The notes beneath the pieces were generated by a model. It was not told where the DNA came from. It saw only the letters and a list, made by a program, of their open reading frames with translations, and searched no databases. This document shows, piece after piece, positions 1 to 9,369 of a DNA stretch of 64,000 nt (within the stretch, counting starts at the first letter, position 1; the number at the start of each line of letters is the position of its first letter). The position numbers and the translations under genes are program-made. Source of the DNA: Erysipelotrichaceae bacterium (GTDB taxonomy: Bacteria > Bacillota_I > Bacilli_A > Erysipelotrichales > Erysipelotrichaceae); NCBI GenBank assembly GCA_017512285.1, contig JAFWGU010000011.1:4828-68827 (forward strand), read 5' to 3'.

Positions 1-708
1 GATCTGAGAATGGCTATTTCTCTGGCAGTTGACCGTGAAGCCATTGCCAAAGATGTTCTTAAGGATGGCTCAAGAGCCGCTGATGGAATCATCGGACATA
101 ATTTCGCCTTTGACCAGAACGGTGTTGATTTCCGTGATACAGCGGGAAATCTGATTGAATACGATACAGCAAAGGCTGCTGAGCATTTTGCCAAGGCTAA
201 GGAAGCCTTAGGCGATAAGATAACGATCAATCTGTATTATGAAGATTCAGATTCAGCCAAGGCTGTTGCTGAAAACATCCAGCAGATGCTTGTAACTGCT
301 CTTGAAGGTCTCGAAATAACAATGACCTGCAAGCCGAAGAAAACACGTGTCGCTGACATGCTGTCAAATAACTTTGAGCTGATGCTGACAAGATGGGGTC
401 CTGACTATGCTGACCCGCAGACATTCCTTGATCTGTTCACAACTGGTTCATCAATGAACAACGGACTGTACAATGGCGCAGCCTACGATGAACTCATCTT
501 CAAGGGAACAAGAGGAGAAGACGCTGCTGATTCTGCAAGCCGTTGGCAGGACATGATCGATGCAGAAAAAATCCTTATCGCTGAAGACTTTGCTATCTTA
601 CCTGTATATCAGTATGGTTCAGCCATGATGATCACACCTGGTGTTGAAGGCGTTCTCTTCCTTACCACAGGAAGCGGAACATACCGCAGAGTTCACTGGG
701 CTGAATAA
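1..708 (+). CDS. oppA: Peptide/oligopeptide ABC transporter substrate-binding protein, C-terminal part (5' end outside the window)
   Basis: Frame 1 is open from nt 1 (ORF track 10..708). The sequence (..LTRWGPDYADPQTFLDLF..) is typical of family-5 OppA/DppA-type binding proteins and is followed directly by oppBCDF. Confidence 0.8.
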   Translation, partial: DLRMAISLAVDREAIAKDVLKDGSRAADGIIGHNFAFDQNGVDFRDTAGNLIEYDTAKAAEHFAKAKEALGDKITINLYYEDSDSAKAVAENIQQMLVTALEGLEITMTCKPKKTRVADMLSNNFELMLTRWGPDYADPQTFLDLFTTGSSMNNGLYNGAAYDELIFKGTRGEDAADSASRWQDMIDAEKILIAEDFAILPVYQYGSAMMITPGVEGVLFLTTGSGTYRRVHWAE

Positions 709-734
709 TAACTACTCTATATTGTTTTTACGGG

Positions 735-795
735 GAACCTGCATTTTAGTGATGCAGGTTCTGCCCGTTTTATTTCAGGGCATGAACATGCCCTG
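735..795 (+). terminator. Two intercistronic hairpins between the binding-protein gene and the permease genes (partial terminator/attenuator)
   Basis: GAACCTGCAT-7nt-ATGCAGGTTC (735-761) is followed by a T-rich tract. A second hairpin, CAGGGCATG/CATGCCCTG, lies at 776-795. Confidence 0.45.
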
Positions 796-818
796 ATTAC
801 CAACAGTGAGGTTCACTT

Positions 819-1754
819 ATGTCTAAATATGTATTAAAAAGGCTTCTCATCAGCATCATTACACTTATCGCCATCATTTTTGTTCTTTTTATAATGCTTG
901 ATCTGATGCCCGGTTCACCATTTAACGACGAAAAGCTTTCCGAAGCGCAGAAGGCTATCCTTCTGGCCAAATATGGTCTGGACAAACCTTTCTATGTCCG
1001 TTTTGGAAAGTATCTTGTAAACGTGCTGAAGGGTGATTTGGGTGTTTCCTATACCATTAACAAGAACAAGGCCATCGCTGAAATGATCGCTCAGCCTCTG
1101 AAACTATCAATCAAGGTCGGAATTCAGGCCATGGTGATCGGATCAATCATAGGACTGATCTTCGGCATCATTGCGGCGCTGAATCATAACACGTGGATAG
1201 ACAGTCTTTTTTCTGTCGTTTCCATCGTAGGTGTATCGGTGCCTTCATATGTATTTGCACTGCTACTGGCTTTATTTATCGGCTACAAGCTGAATCTCGT
1301 GCCGATACTGTATAACGCATCTGATCCGGGTCGTTCCCTGATATTGCCGACTATTGCACTGTCAATGTTCCCAATTGCCAACATTTCCCGATTTACCCGT
1401 TCTGAAATGATCGACGTTCTCAATTCCGAGTACATTCTTCTCGTTCAGGCCAAAGGAATAAAGGAGAAGAGCATGATCATTCATCATGCCCTGCGTAATA
1501 CCATGATCCCTATCGTTACGGTAATGGGTCCATTGCTGGTAAATCTTCTGACCGGTTCAATGGTCGTTGAAAAGGTATTTGCGATCCCGGGAATCGGCCA
1601 GATAATGTCACAGGCCATAACAAACAATGACTACAACGTCGTAATTGCCTGTGCCTTTGTCTATTCAGCGCTGTACATTATTATGATGCTTATTGTCGAT
1701 ATTCTCTATGGAATAATCGATCCGCGCATCCGTGTTGCGAAGGGGGACAGTTAG
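819..1754 (+). CDS. oppB: Peptide ABC transporter permease (OppB/DppB type)
   Basis: 311-aa polytopic protein with the N-terminal MSKYVLKRLL.. motif typical of OppB. GAGG RBS upstream of the ATG. Operon context. Confidence 0.9.
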   Translation: MSKYVLKRLLISIITLIAIIFVLFIMLDLMPGSPFNDEKLSEAQKAILLAKYGLDKPFYVRFGKYLVNVLKGDLGVSYTINKNKAIAEMIAQPLKLSIKVGIQAMVIGSIIGLIFGIIAALNHNTWIDSLFSVVSIVGVSVPSYVFALLLALFIGYKLNLVPILYNASDPGRSLILPTIALSMFPIANISRFTRSEMIDVLNSEYILLVQAKGIKEKSMIIHHALRNTMIPIVTVMGPLLVNLLTGSMVVEKVFAIPGIGQIMSQAITNNDYNVVIACAFVYSALYIIMMLIVDILYGIIDPRIRVAKGDS

Positions 1755-1755
1755 T

Positions 1756-2781
1756 ATGGATGAAGAAAGAACAGTAATTGATCCCGCAAACGTCTCTGAC
1801 AAGGATTTTGTCTTTGTTCAGCAGGGCGTAAAAATCATGGACGAGACCTATGCATCTGTTTCCTACATGAAGGATGTCTGGAATCATTTCCGGAAAAACA
1901 GAGGAGCAGTCATAGGATTAGTCGTAATATGTCTGATAATAATAATGGCCATCATAGGACCGATGATTTCCGGATACCGCTATGATGAAATCATTCTTAC
2001 GAATCAGAGTTTGCCGCCACGCATTCCACTCCTTGAAAAGCTGGGCATCTTCAACGGTTCGGAAAGAGGAAGAAATGTATATTTTGAACGCGGCCTGAAT
2101 GATGTCTATTACTGGTTTGGTTCCGACACCAATGGAAGGGACCTGTTTACCAGAATATGGATGGGTACGAGAGTTTCCCTCTTCATCGCCTTGGTGGCAG
2201 TCGTCATCGATATTGTCGTAGGCATGTCATATGGACTTATTTCCGGATATTTCGGCGGAAAGGTAGACATGGTCATGCAGAGATTTGCCGAGATCCTGAA
2301 CGGTGTTCCAACGCTTGTCGTCGTAACGCTGCTGGGACTTGTCTTACCGCAGGGCATTCCATCCATCATCTTTACATTGATGATCACCGGCTGGATCGGC
2401 ATGTCGCGTATTGCCCGTGCCGAGGTACTGAAGCTAAAGGAGAATGAATACATTCTTGCCTCCAGGACCCTTGGTGCCAAGGATTTTGCCATCATTTTCA
2501 AGGATATCATGCCAAACATCTTCGGACAGCTGATCATCATGTCGATGTTCTCAGTTCCAAATGCGATTTTTACCGAGGCCTTCCTTTCCTTCGTAGGATT
2601 AGGCATTCAGCCTCCGCAGACTTCGCTTGGTTCCCTGATTTCCGATGGCTATAAGTCATTAACGATTCATCCGCACATGATCATGAGTTCCATCATCGTT
2701 CTGGCCTTGCTGATGCTGAGTTTCAACATGCTGGCAGACGGCATCAGAGATGCCTTTGATCCGAACCAGAAGAAGGGATAG
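1756..2781 (+). CDS. oppC: Peptide ABC transporter permease (OppC/DppC type)
   Basis: ORF track 1732..2781. I moved the start to ATG 1756, which is preceded by an AAGGGGGA RBS. Binding-protein-dependent transport inner-membrane component. Confidence 0.9.
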   Translation: MDEERTVIDPANVSDKDFVFVQQGVKIMDETYASVSYMKDVWNHFRKNRGAVIGLVVICLIIIMAIIGPMISGYRYDEIILTNQSLPPRIPLLEKLGIFNGSERGRNVYFERGLNDVYYWFGSDTNGRDLFTRIWMGTRVSLFIALVAVVIDIVVGMSYGLISGYFGGKVDMVMQRFAEILNGVPTLVVVTLLGLVLPQGIPSIIFTLMITGWIGMSRIARAEVLKLKENEYILASRTLGAKDFAIIFKDIMPNIFGQLIIMSMFSVPNAIFTEAFLSFVGLGIQPPQTSLGSLISDGYKSLTIHPHMIMSSIIVLALLMLSFNMLADGIRDAFDPNQKKG

Positions 2782-2790
2782 GTGGTTGTC

Positions 2791-3888
2791 ATGAGTGAAA
2801 AGAAAGAAAAGAAAGACCGCGTATTATCTATTCGTGATCTTAACATATCATTTGAAACAGCGACCGGCACCATCAACGCCATCAGGGGTGTCAGGATGGA
2901 CCTGTTCAGAGGAGAGACCATTGCCATAGTAGGTGAGTCAGGTTCCGGTAAATCCGTAACCGTTAAAACCATCATGGGAATCATGGCCTCCAATGGCCGG
3001 ATCGAAAGCGGTTCAATTGAATACACCTTTACTGATGATGACGGTGAGGTTAAGACCGTAGATCTGACAAAACTGTCACAGAAAGAAATAAGATACAAGT
3101 TTAACGGACGCCACATTGCCATGGTTTTCCAGGATCCCATGACATCACTTGATCCGACAATGACCATCGGCAAGCAGATCATGGAAGGCATGCTGGCGCA
3201 TCTGGGATTAAGCAAAGAAGAGGCAAAAAAGCGTACTCTCAAGCTATTGGAAGACGTTGGCATTGATGAACCGCAGAAGCGTTTCAGTCAGTATCCCCAT
3301 CAGTTATCAGGAGGAATGAGGCAGCGTGTGGTCATTGCCATAGCTCTGGCCTGCGATCCGGATATTCTGATCTGCGATGAGCCAACCACGGCTCTGGACG
3401 TTACGATCCAGGCAAAGATACTTGAACTGATCAAGAAACTGCAGAAGGAAAAGAACATTTCTGTAATATACATTACTCATGATCTGGGTGTCGTTGCCAA
3501 GGTTGCCGACTACGTCGATGTCATGTATGCCGGAAGAATCATTGAAAAAGGAAATATCGATGAAATCTTCTATGATCCAAGACATCCCTATACCTGGGGC
3601 TTACTGGCCTCAATGCCGGATACCGACACTTCTTCGACAAGACTGTTTGCCATTCCGGGAACCCCGCCAAATCTTCTGGAGAAGATCGAAGGCGATGCCT
3701 TTGCAGTTCGTAATCCGTATGCTCTGGCCATCGACTTCAAGGTGGAGCCGCCGATGTTTAACGTTGGCGGACAGCACCGTGTAGCCAGCTGGCTGTGTGA
3801 TCCTCGGGCTCCAAAGGTTGAAGTACCTGAACAGCTCAGACAGCGTCTTAACAGGATAAGGAAGGAGGAAGCAAATGACAACATTTAA
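2791..3888 (+). CDS. oppD: Peptide ABC transporter ATP-binding protein
   Basis: Walker A GESGSGKS, signature LSGGMRQR, Walker [13 protein letters not shown], and the C-terminal oligopeptide-transporter extension. ATG 2791 is preferred over GTG 2782. Confidence 0.9.
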   Translation: MSEKKEKKDRVLSIRDLNISFETATGTINAIRGVRMDLFRGETIAIVGESGSGKSVTVKTIMGIMASNGRIESGSIEYTFTDDDGEVKTVDLTKLSQKEIRYKFNGRHIAMVFQDPMTSLDPTMTIGKQIMEGMLAHLGLSKEEAKKRTLKLLEDVGIDEPQKRFSQYPHQLSGGMRQRVVIAIALACDPDILICDEPTTALDVTIQAKILELIKKLQKEKNISVIYITHDLGVVAKVADYVDVMYAGRIIEKGNIDEIFYDPRHPYTWGLLASMPDTDTSSTRLFAIPGTPPNLLEKIEGDAFAVRNPYALAIDFKVEPPMFNVGGQHRVASWLCDPRAPKVEVPEQLRQRLNRIRKEEANDNI

Positions 3889-4807
3889 TGAACCTCTGCT
3901 GCATGTTGAAGGACTCAAGCAGCATTTCCGTATCACAAGACATTACACGACCAAGGCTGTTGACGGCATAAGCTTTGACATCTATCCGGGAGAGACCTAT
4001 GGACTGGTAGGTGAATCCGGATCCGGTAAGTCAACAACCGGAAGAACGCTGATCAGACTCTATGAACCGACAGCCGGAAAGATCATATTCGACGGCAGGG
4101 ACATTTCCGGAAAGCTTTCCAAGGAAGATGAAAAATATCTGCGTACCAACATGCAGATGATCTTCCAGGATCCGATGGCCTGTCTCAATCCCCGTAAGAA
4201 GGTCATGGAGATCATTGCTCAGGGACTGGAGATCCAGCATCTCTACAAGGACAGAAACGATCTTGAAAACAAGGTATACAGCATCCTCGAGAAAGTCGGA
4301 CTTTCCCGGGAGCATGCCTCAAGATATCCGCAGCAGTTCTCCGGCGGTCAGCGTCAGAGAATCGGTATTGCCAGAGCATTGGTCATGAATCCCAAGCTGG
4401 TCATCGCTGATGAGGCAATATCCGCACTGGACGTCTCCATTCAGGCTCAGGTCGTCAATCTGATGAAGGATCTGCAGGATGAACTGGGAACGACCTATCT
4501 GTTCATTGCTCACGATCTGTCCATGGTCAAATATATCTCTGATCGAATTGGAGTAATGCATCTTGGACATCTGGTTGAGACCGGAACGACTGATGACATT
4601 TTCAGTAATCCGATCCATCCTTACACAAGATCACTGCTATCAGCCATACCAAAACCTGACCCGCACGTTGAAAAGAACCGTATCTCACTATCCTATGACA
4701 AGGACAAGGAAGGCGTAGACTACAATGCCGGAACGATTCACCACGTAAGCGAAACCCATCAGGTTCTGGCCACCGATGAAGAGTTTGAACGCTGGACGGC
4801 GATGTAA
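3875..4807 (+). CDS. oppF: Peptide ABC transporter ATP-binding protein
   Basis: Walker [10 protein letters not shown], signature FSGGQRQR, Walker B VIADEAISALD. GGAGGA RBS. Overlaps the oppD end by 14 nt. Confidence 0.9.
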   Translation: MTTFNEPLLHVEGLKQHFRITRHYTTKAVDGISFDIYPGETYGLVGESGSGKSTTGRTLIRLYEPTAGKIIFDGRDISGKLSKEDEKYLRTNMQMIFQDPMACLNPRKKVMEIIAQGLEIQHLYKDRNDLENKVYSILEKVGLSREHASRYPQQFSGGQRQRIGIARALVMNPKLVIADEAISALDVSIQAQVVNLMKDLQDELGTTYLFIAHDLSMVKYISDRIGVMHLGHLVETGTTDDIFSNPIHPYTRSLLSAIPKPDPHVEKNRISLSYDKDKEGVDYNAGTIHHVSETHQVLATDEEFERWTAM

Positions 4808-4818
4808 ATGAATTATGT

Positions 4819-4860
4819 GTACCCTCTGAACCGGTTAAGCCGGCAGGAGGGTACTTTTTT
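4819..4860 (+). terminator. Rho-independent terminator of the opp operon
   Basis: GTACCCTC...GAGGGTAC stem with an inner CCGG-TTAAG-CCGG stem, followed by TTTTTT. Confidence 0.8.
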
Positions 4861-4938
4861 GTTCTGTCGCCTGATATTTCTCTTCCCCTGTACCATTGCT
4901 TTAAGCAGTACGTTAGATATATCATCTGCGTTGAGAAC

Positions 4939-4960
4939 AAAAAAGCCCGCTCATGCAGGC
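4939..4960 (-). terminator. Probable terminator of the surface-protein gene
   Basis: On the minus strand, GCCUGC-AUGA-GCGGGC is followed by UUUUUU. Confidence 0.55.
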
Positions 4961-4973
4961 CTTTGATCATTTG

Positions 4974-7682
4974 CTAATTTGTATATGCTGCCTTTCTCTT
5001 TCTGCTTATGATGTAACAGAAACAGCAGGTGCTTGTTAATGACAGAGCCATCCACAGGTAGAGATTGCTGTCATCACCTGTCTGCGGAGACAGTGGATTC
5101 TGTTCCTTTTCATATACTGCCGTGAAGGTATGTGAACCTTCAACAATGTACTTGTCACCAGGATGGTATTCTGAACCCTGCCAGTACAGGAACTTGTAGC
5201 CTTCCTTAACAGGTCCGTCAGGTATTGTAAGTTCAGTACCGATCTTGACTCTGAATTCCTGAACGCCTGTTACCTCACCGACGTATCCGTCACCATAATC
5301 AAACGTAAGTATGCAGCCATCCTCCGGTTTTGGATAGATCTCAACCTCAACATGTGTCGGATCATTCTTGCAGACTCTTCTTCTCTCACCAGGTTCGTCG
5401 CCTTTAGGCTCCTTGGTGATCTCCCAGTCTGACCAGTCATGCTCCAGTGTATCAATGTATTCGATCCAGATGTGATTTTCATCATCCTTGCAGGTATGCA
5501 GCTTTTCACCGAATTCACCGCAGGTAGGTTCCTTGATGATCACGCCTTCATCCCATACATGTTCATGCTGGTTATATACCTCATCATTCATTTCTTCGAG
5601 ATCGTCCAGCGGATCATACTCATCGGCATTATTACCGAAGTCGACCGGAATCTTTATCAGAACATTGTAATTGTTTTCCAGTTTGACGCACTTGTAATAA
5701 TAACTTTTGTGATCTGCTTCACTGTAATGATCCTCAGGACCATCATATAATTCAGTATTATAATGGCTACCGTTCAGTCCGGCACACAGTATTGCAAGTT
5801 CATCAGTACTCCAGTACCAGTGACTTTCACCATATACTGCCATGCCGTTAACCAGTCTGTTTGATTCGAGCTTTCCGGTCTTCATTTCAAAGGTAGTTCC
5901 TTCCAGCTTCTTGGCCATGGCAATGTATTTCTTGTCTGCACTGCTTGGCAGATTGCTGAAAGTAACCTTGTCTGCCTTGGCAAAGTAATCTCCGAAAATG
6001 TTAACAGGCTTTAATGTGCCGACATAGTCCAAGCCCAGTTCGGCAACCTGCTTGGTGCTTGTAAGGATCAGATCAAGGTTTTCCTGTCTGCCGCTGCCCA
6101 GATTATCATTAAGATAATCAAACTGCGTATTCCCGCCTGATGCCTGCAGGACGTAATTAAGCAGGATCATGTCTGTGTCTCCCAGCATTGATCCGACAGA
6201 TGGCTTATAATCTGAAGACCAGCTGCCATCAAAACTCAGTGTCATTGCGCTGATGTCACACTTTTCATCATAGGCATTATTGCCGGTGGTATGAACTACG
6301 GCTGAGCCTTCAGAATTGATCGTTCCCTTTCCCAAGTATAATGCAGTCTCGGTAATGAAACAGAAGTTAGGAACACCGGTCAGTCCGTTTTCAACAGCCT
6401 CATCCAGCTTGTCAATGGCATCGGCCATTGATAACAGGGCTGCTCTCTTTTCAACAGCCGGAATGGAATCTGACATGTTGAGAACGTTGCTGACAAACAA
6501 ACCATAAACTCCTGTCTTGACGATCATCTCGTTACAGAAGATCCTGTATTCATCTTCAATCTGATATTCAAAGGCATGAGTAAGATACATTGCCTTAACT
6601 CTGGCATCAAAACCCTCCTCTGCCTTTAATAAGTGGTTACAGTAATTCTCAAATGCCTGTCTTACCTGTAAGGCAAAGCTGCTGTCCTTATTGACTTCCA
6701 CAGCCGCAATGCGGTATACCAGCGTATCAACTGCATCATCGGTAAGATTATTGGCGAATTCCTCAGTAAAGCCGTCCATTCCCTCTGAAGTCAGTTCCGG
6801 AATGTTCTGGCTTTCAATGTAGTCAAACAGATCATGCTCGAAGCAGAATCTGAAGGCATCAGAAATGTGTTTCTTGATGTCCTTTCTGTAATTGTCGACA
6901 TTGAACTTAAGACTGTCCGGCAGGAAGTGATGATTCAGTACAACGTATCTGGCATCTTCCGGCAGATCATCCGGCTTGTTATTGTACAGGTTAGGTACCA
7001 GCTTGTATTCACCGTCGCTGTCCTTGAGATACAGCAGGAATATCTTATCCGTGTTTACCGTTGTGCTGTATCTGGAATCTGAGTCTTCACACCAGGCCTT
7101 TACACCGTCAGTAAGCTTGCCCTGATAAATTGTCATCAGGTTATCAAGCTTGTTTTCCATGTAGTTGAGTTCAAAGTCTCTCCAGGCATTCTGCATGGCA
7201 ATGGCTTTGGTGGTTCTGGTATTGAAGTCAATGGATGCCTGAATCTTGCTCATCTGATTTGTGATCTCATTGAGCTTGTTATCCATTTCATTGAGCTTGC
7301 GGTTCATGTTGCCGAGCTGTTCCTTGATATCGGCAAACTTCTGTGCCGTTGGATCCTTCATGACACCCAGCAGCCTCAGGAATGTTACCGTCGCATTAAT
7401 GCCGCCGATAACAGGTGTTACTGAAGTGAATGCTCCCTTGGCAGTATTGAAGACACTGCAGATGGTTTCCCACTTTACCTTGCTGTCTGCAGCAGCTTCA
7501 TCATCAAAGACGTCTTCAAACAGCAGGTATGCCGCGTTACTGGCTTTTTCCATCGATTCAGATAGTATCGACCTGTCACCGTCATCAAACTCAAGCATTG
7601 CATGGACCGGAGCTGCATTACTAAAAACGTTCAGAAACAGCAGCTGAACGGTCACGATTACCGTTATTATTTTTTTAAGCAT
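4974..7682 (-). CDS. Secreted cell-wall-anchored protein, (S/P)PXTG sorting signal, function unknown
   Basis: ORF track 4974..7709. Start moved to ATG 7682 (GGGAGAA RBS), which gives the signal peptide MLKKIITVIVTVQLLFLNVFSNAAPVHA. The C-terminus is LSPQTG + TM + RKRK tail. GYKFLYWQG matches a Listeria-Bacteroides-type repeat. Two HxW..C..C mini-repeats precede it. Confidence 0.8.
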   Translation of the reverse strand: MLKKIITVIVTVQLLFLNVFSNAAPVHAMLEFDDGDRSILSESMEKASNAAYLLFEDVFDDEAAADSKVKWETICSVFNTAKGAFTSVTPVIGGINATVTFLRLLGVMKDPTAQKFADIKEQLGNMNRKLNEMDNKLNEITNQMSKIQASIDFNTRTTKAIAMQNAWRDFELNYMENKLDNLMTIYQGKLTDGVKAWCEDSDSRYSTTVNTDKIFLLYLKDSDGEYKLVPNLYNNKPDDLPEDARYVVLNHHFLPDSLKFNVDNYRKDIKKHISDAFRFCFEHDLFDYIESQNIPELTSEGMDGFTEEFANNLTDDAVDTLVYRIAAVEVNKDSSFALQVRQAFENYCNHLLKAEEGFDARVKAMYLTHAFEYQIEDEYRIFCNEMIVKTGVYGLFVSNVLNMSDSIPAVEKRAALLSMADAIDKLDEAVENGLTGVPNFCFITETALYLGKGTINSEGSAVVHTTGNNAYDEKCDISAMTLSFDGSWSSDYKPSVGSMLGDTDMILLNYVLQASGGNTQFDYLNDNLGSGRQENLDLILTSTKQVAELGLDYVGTLKPVNIFGDYFAKADKVTFSNLPSSADKKYIAMAKKLEGTTFEMKTGKLESNRLVNGMAVYGESHWYWSTDELAILCAGLNGSHYNTELYDGPEDHYSEADHKSYYYKCVKLENNYNVLIKIPVDFGNNADEYDPLDDLEEMNDEVYNQHEHVWDEGVIIKEPTCGEFGEKLHTCKDDENHIWIEYIDTLEHDWSDWEITKEPKGDEPGERRRVCKNDPTHVEVEIYPKPEDGCILTFDYGDGYVGEVTGVQEFRVKIGTELTIPDGPVKEGYKFLYWQGSEYHPGDKYIVEGSHTFTAVYEKEQNPLSPQTGDDSNLYLWMALSLTSTCCFCYIISRKRKAAYTN

Positions 7683-7752
7683 AATATTTTCTCCCATATG
7701 GTTACCCATTTAAGTATATACTTATGGTTTTATTCAATAAATACCTCTTGTG

Positions 7753-7775
7753 AAAAAACTCCGGAAGTTTCCGGA
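7753..7775 (-). terminator. Probable terminator of the CPBP gene
   Basis: TCCGGA-AGTT-TCCGGA hairpin, followed on the minus strand by a U run. Confidence 0.55.
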
Positions 7776-7788
7776 ATTTTCATGTTAA

Positions 7789-8772
7789 CTACGAATTGTC
7801 TGTATTATCTGTATAATTTTCTGGATTTTTCTTATTTTGCGTTTCAGCCCAGACATCCAGGTATTCAGGCTTGTTTCTGTTTCTGATGATCATCACCGCT
7901 GCCAGAATGATCAGCAGCAGACAGGCACCGACACTGCCCTCAACACCAAAGCTGACGTTGTAGAATAATCCATTGCGGGCTGAGGCAGCTTCCAGCGTGA
8001 ATATGGAGTATTCAGAAACGATGCCGCTGTTAGGCAGACCGAAGATGATGTTTTGAGTAAAGTTCCACGCAGCGTGGAATGACATCGCTCCCCAGAGATT
8101 GCCATGATAATAAACCATCAGTGAAAAGATCAGTCCGATCATAAAGATCTGTACGCCGGCAATGACCGTAAAGCCGGGATTGCCGACATGTAGTAACGCA
8201 AAGACAATGGAATTGGCCAGAATCGCAACAACTGGCGAAATGTATCTGCGGCGAAGCTTCTGATACAGATAGAAGCGGTCGAGCAGTTCCTCAGCTCCTG
8301 ACTGAATGAAGATAACTACCGCAAAAGCCAGTAAGACTACAAAGTCAAATCCATAGTATGACAGCTTGATGTCACCGAACAGCAACGACATCAGAACACA
8401 GAAGGCGTTAGTGCCAAAGCCCAGTATGATGCCCATCAGAAATCCTGAGAAACTGTTGCCGTTACGGCCGGGAACAAAGGCCTTGAACATTGGCCAGTTT
8501 CCCTTGAATACGACCATTACCAGCAATATAATTAACCAGATTCCGAAGAACAGCGCATAATCACTCATGAAGCTTGACATGCTTTCGCTGTATGACAGTG
8601 AATCAAACAGACTTCTGACACCTGGTATCCTCATAACGACCATGCTGATCAGAGACCCGATGAACATTACTACAAGCGACAGTAAAACTGCCAGAGGCAG
8701 GAAATCGGTAATCTTCCTCGATGGTCTGACTGTTTTCTCATATAGTTCCCTGTATTTTTCCATGTGCATCAC
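7789..8772 (-). CDS. CPBP family intramembrane glutamic endopeptidase (CAAX protease/Abi fold)
   Basis: Polytopic membrane protein carrying the three family motifs EELLDR, FALLH and HAAWN. Confidence 0.85.
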   Translation of the reverse strand: MMHMEKYRELYEKTVRPSRKITDFLPLAVLLSLVVMFIGSLISMVVMRIPGVRSLFDSLSYSESMSSFMSDYALFFGIWLIILLVMVVFKGNWPMFKAFVPGRNGNSFSGFLMGIILGFGTNAFCVLMSLLFGDIKLSYYGFDFVVLLAFAVVIFIQSGAEELLDRFYLYQKLRRRYISPVVAILANSIVFALLHVGNPGFTVIAGVQIFMIGLIFSLMVYYHGNLWGAMSFHAAWNFTQNIIFGLPNSGIVSEYSIFTLEAASARNGLFYNVSFGVEGSVGACLLLIILAAVMIIRNRNKPEYLDVWAETQNKKNPENYTDNTDNS

Positions 8773-8823
8773 TTCGTTTTCTATGTCTGTATTATATCAT
8801 CTATTCCAGCGTATATTCTTCAA

Positions 8824-8850
8824 TAAAAAAGCATCTGATTGCTCAGATGC
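8824..8850 (-). terminator. Rho-independent terminator of the licT-PTS-GH1-EIIA operon
   Basis: GCATCTGA-TTGC-TCAGATGC stem-loop with a 7-nt U run on the minus strand. Confidence 0.85.
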
Positions 8851-8857
8851 TCGGTTC

Positions 8858-9367
8858 TTATTTGACTACTGACTGTCCTCTCTTGACTGCCTGTGGCTCG
8901 ATGAACTCAAATACCTTCTCATTTGGATTGGTTATGATCAGCATTGTGCTCATGTCATAATTGGCTGACAGTTTCTTGATGTCTACCTCTACGATAGGAT
9001 CTCCAGCCTTGACCGTATCTCCCTGTTTCTTCTTCAGAAGCTTGAAACCATCCCCGTTGGCATTGACTGTATCTACACCGCAGTGGATCAGGATCTCTAC
9101 GCCTTCATTTGTTACGATGCCGAAGGCATGTCCTGTCGGGAACAGTACGCCTAATGTACCGTTGGCTGGTGAGCATAATGTTACCTTGTCCTTATTGTAC
9201 TTGAAGGCTGTGCTCTTACCCATCATCTCTTCTGCGAATACCGGATCCGGTACTGACTTGACATCGATCAGTTCACCGTCGGCGATTGCGACGATGGCGC
9301 TATCGTCTACGTTCAGTTCTGGAAGTACTTCTTCCTCTTTCTTGAATAACTTGTCAAATAATCCCAT
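8858..9367 (-). CDS. PTS EIIA component, glucose/beta-glucoside family
   Basis: PTGHAFGI...ILIHCGVDTV is the classic EIIA-Glc double-His active-site region. The start lies 3 nt after the GH1 stop. Confidence 0.9.
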   Translation of the reverse strand: MGLFDKLFKKEEEVLPELNVDDSAIVAIADGELIDVKSVPDPVFAEEMMGKSTAFKYNKDKVTLCSPANGTLGVLFPTGHAFGIVTNEGVEILIHCGVDTVNANGDGFKLLKKKQGDTVKAGDPIVEVDIKKLSANYDMSTMLIITNPNEKVFEFIEPQAVKRGQSVVK

Positions 9368-9369
9368 GC

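Noticed and set aside
7789-8772. The CPBP ('Abi') protein as an abortive-infection/phage-defence gene, or as functionally linked to the large surface protein.
   Set aside because: The Abi name of this family is historical. The motifs are those of CAAX-type intramembrane proteases. The gene has its own terminator and is separated from the surface-protein gene by a promoter region. No partner bacteriocin or toxin gene is visible.
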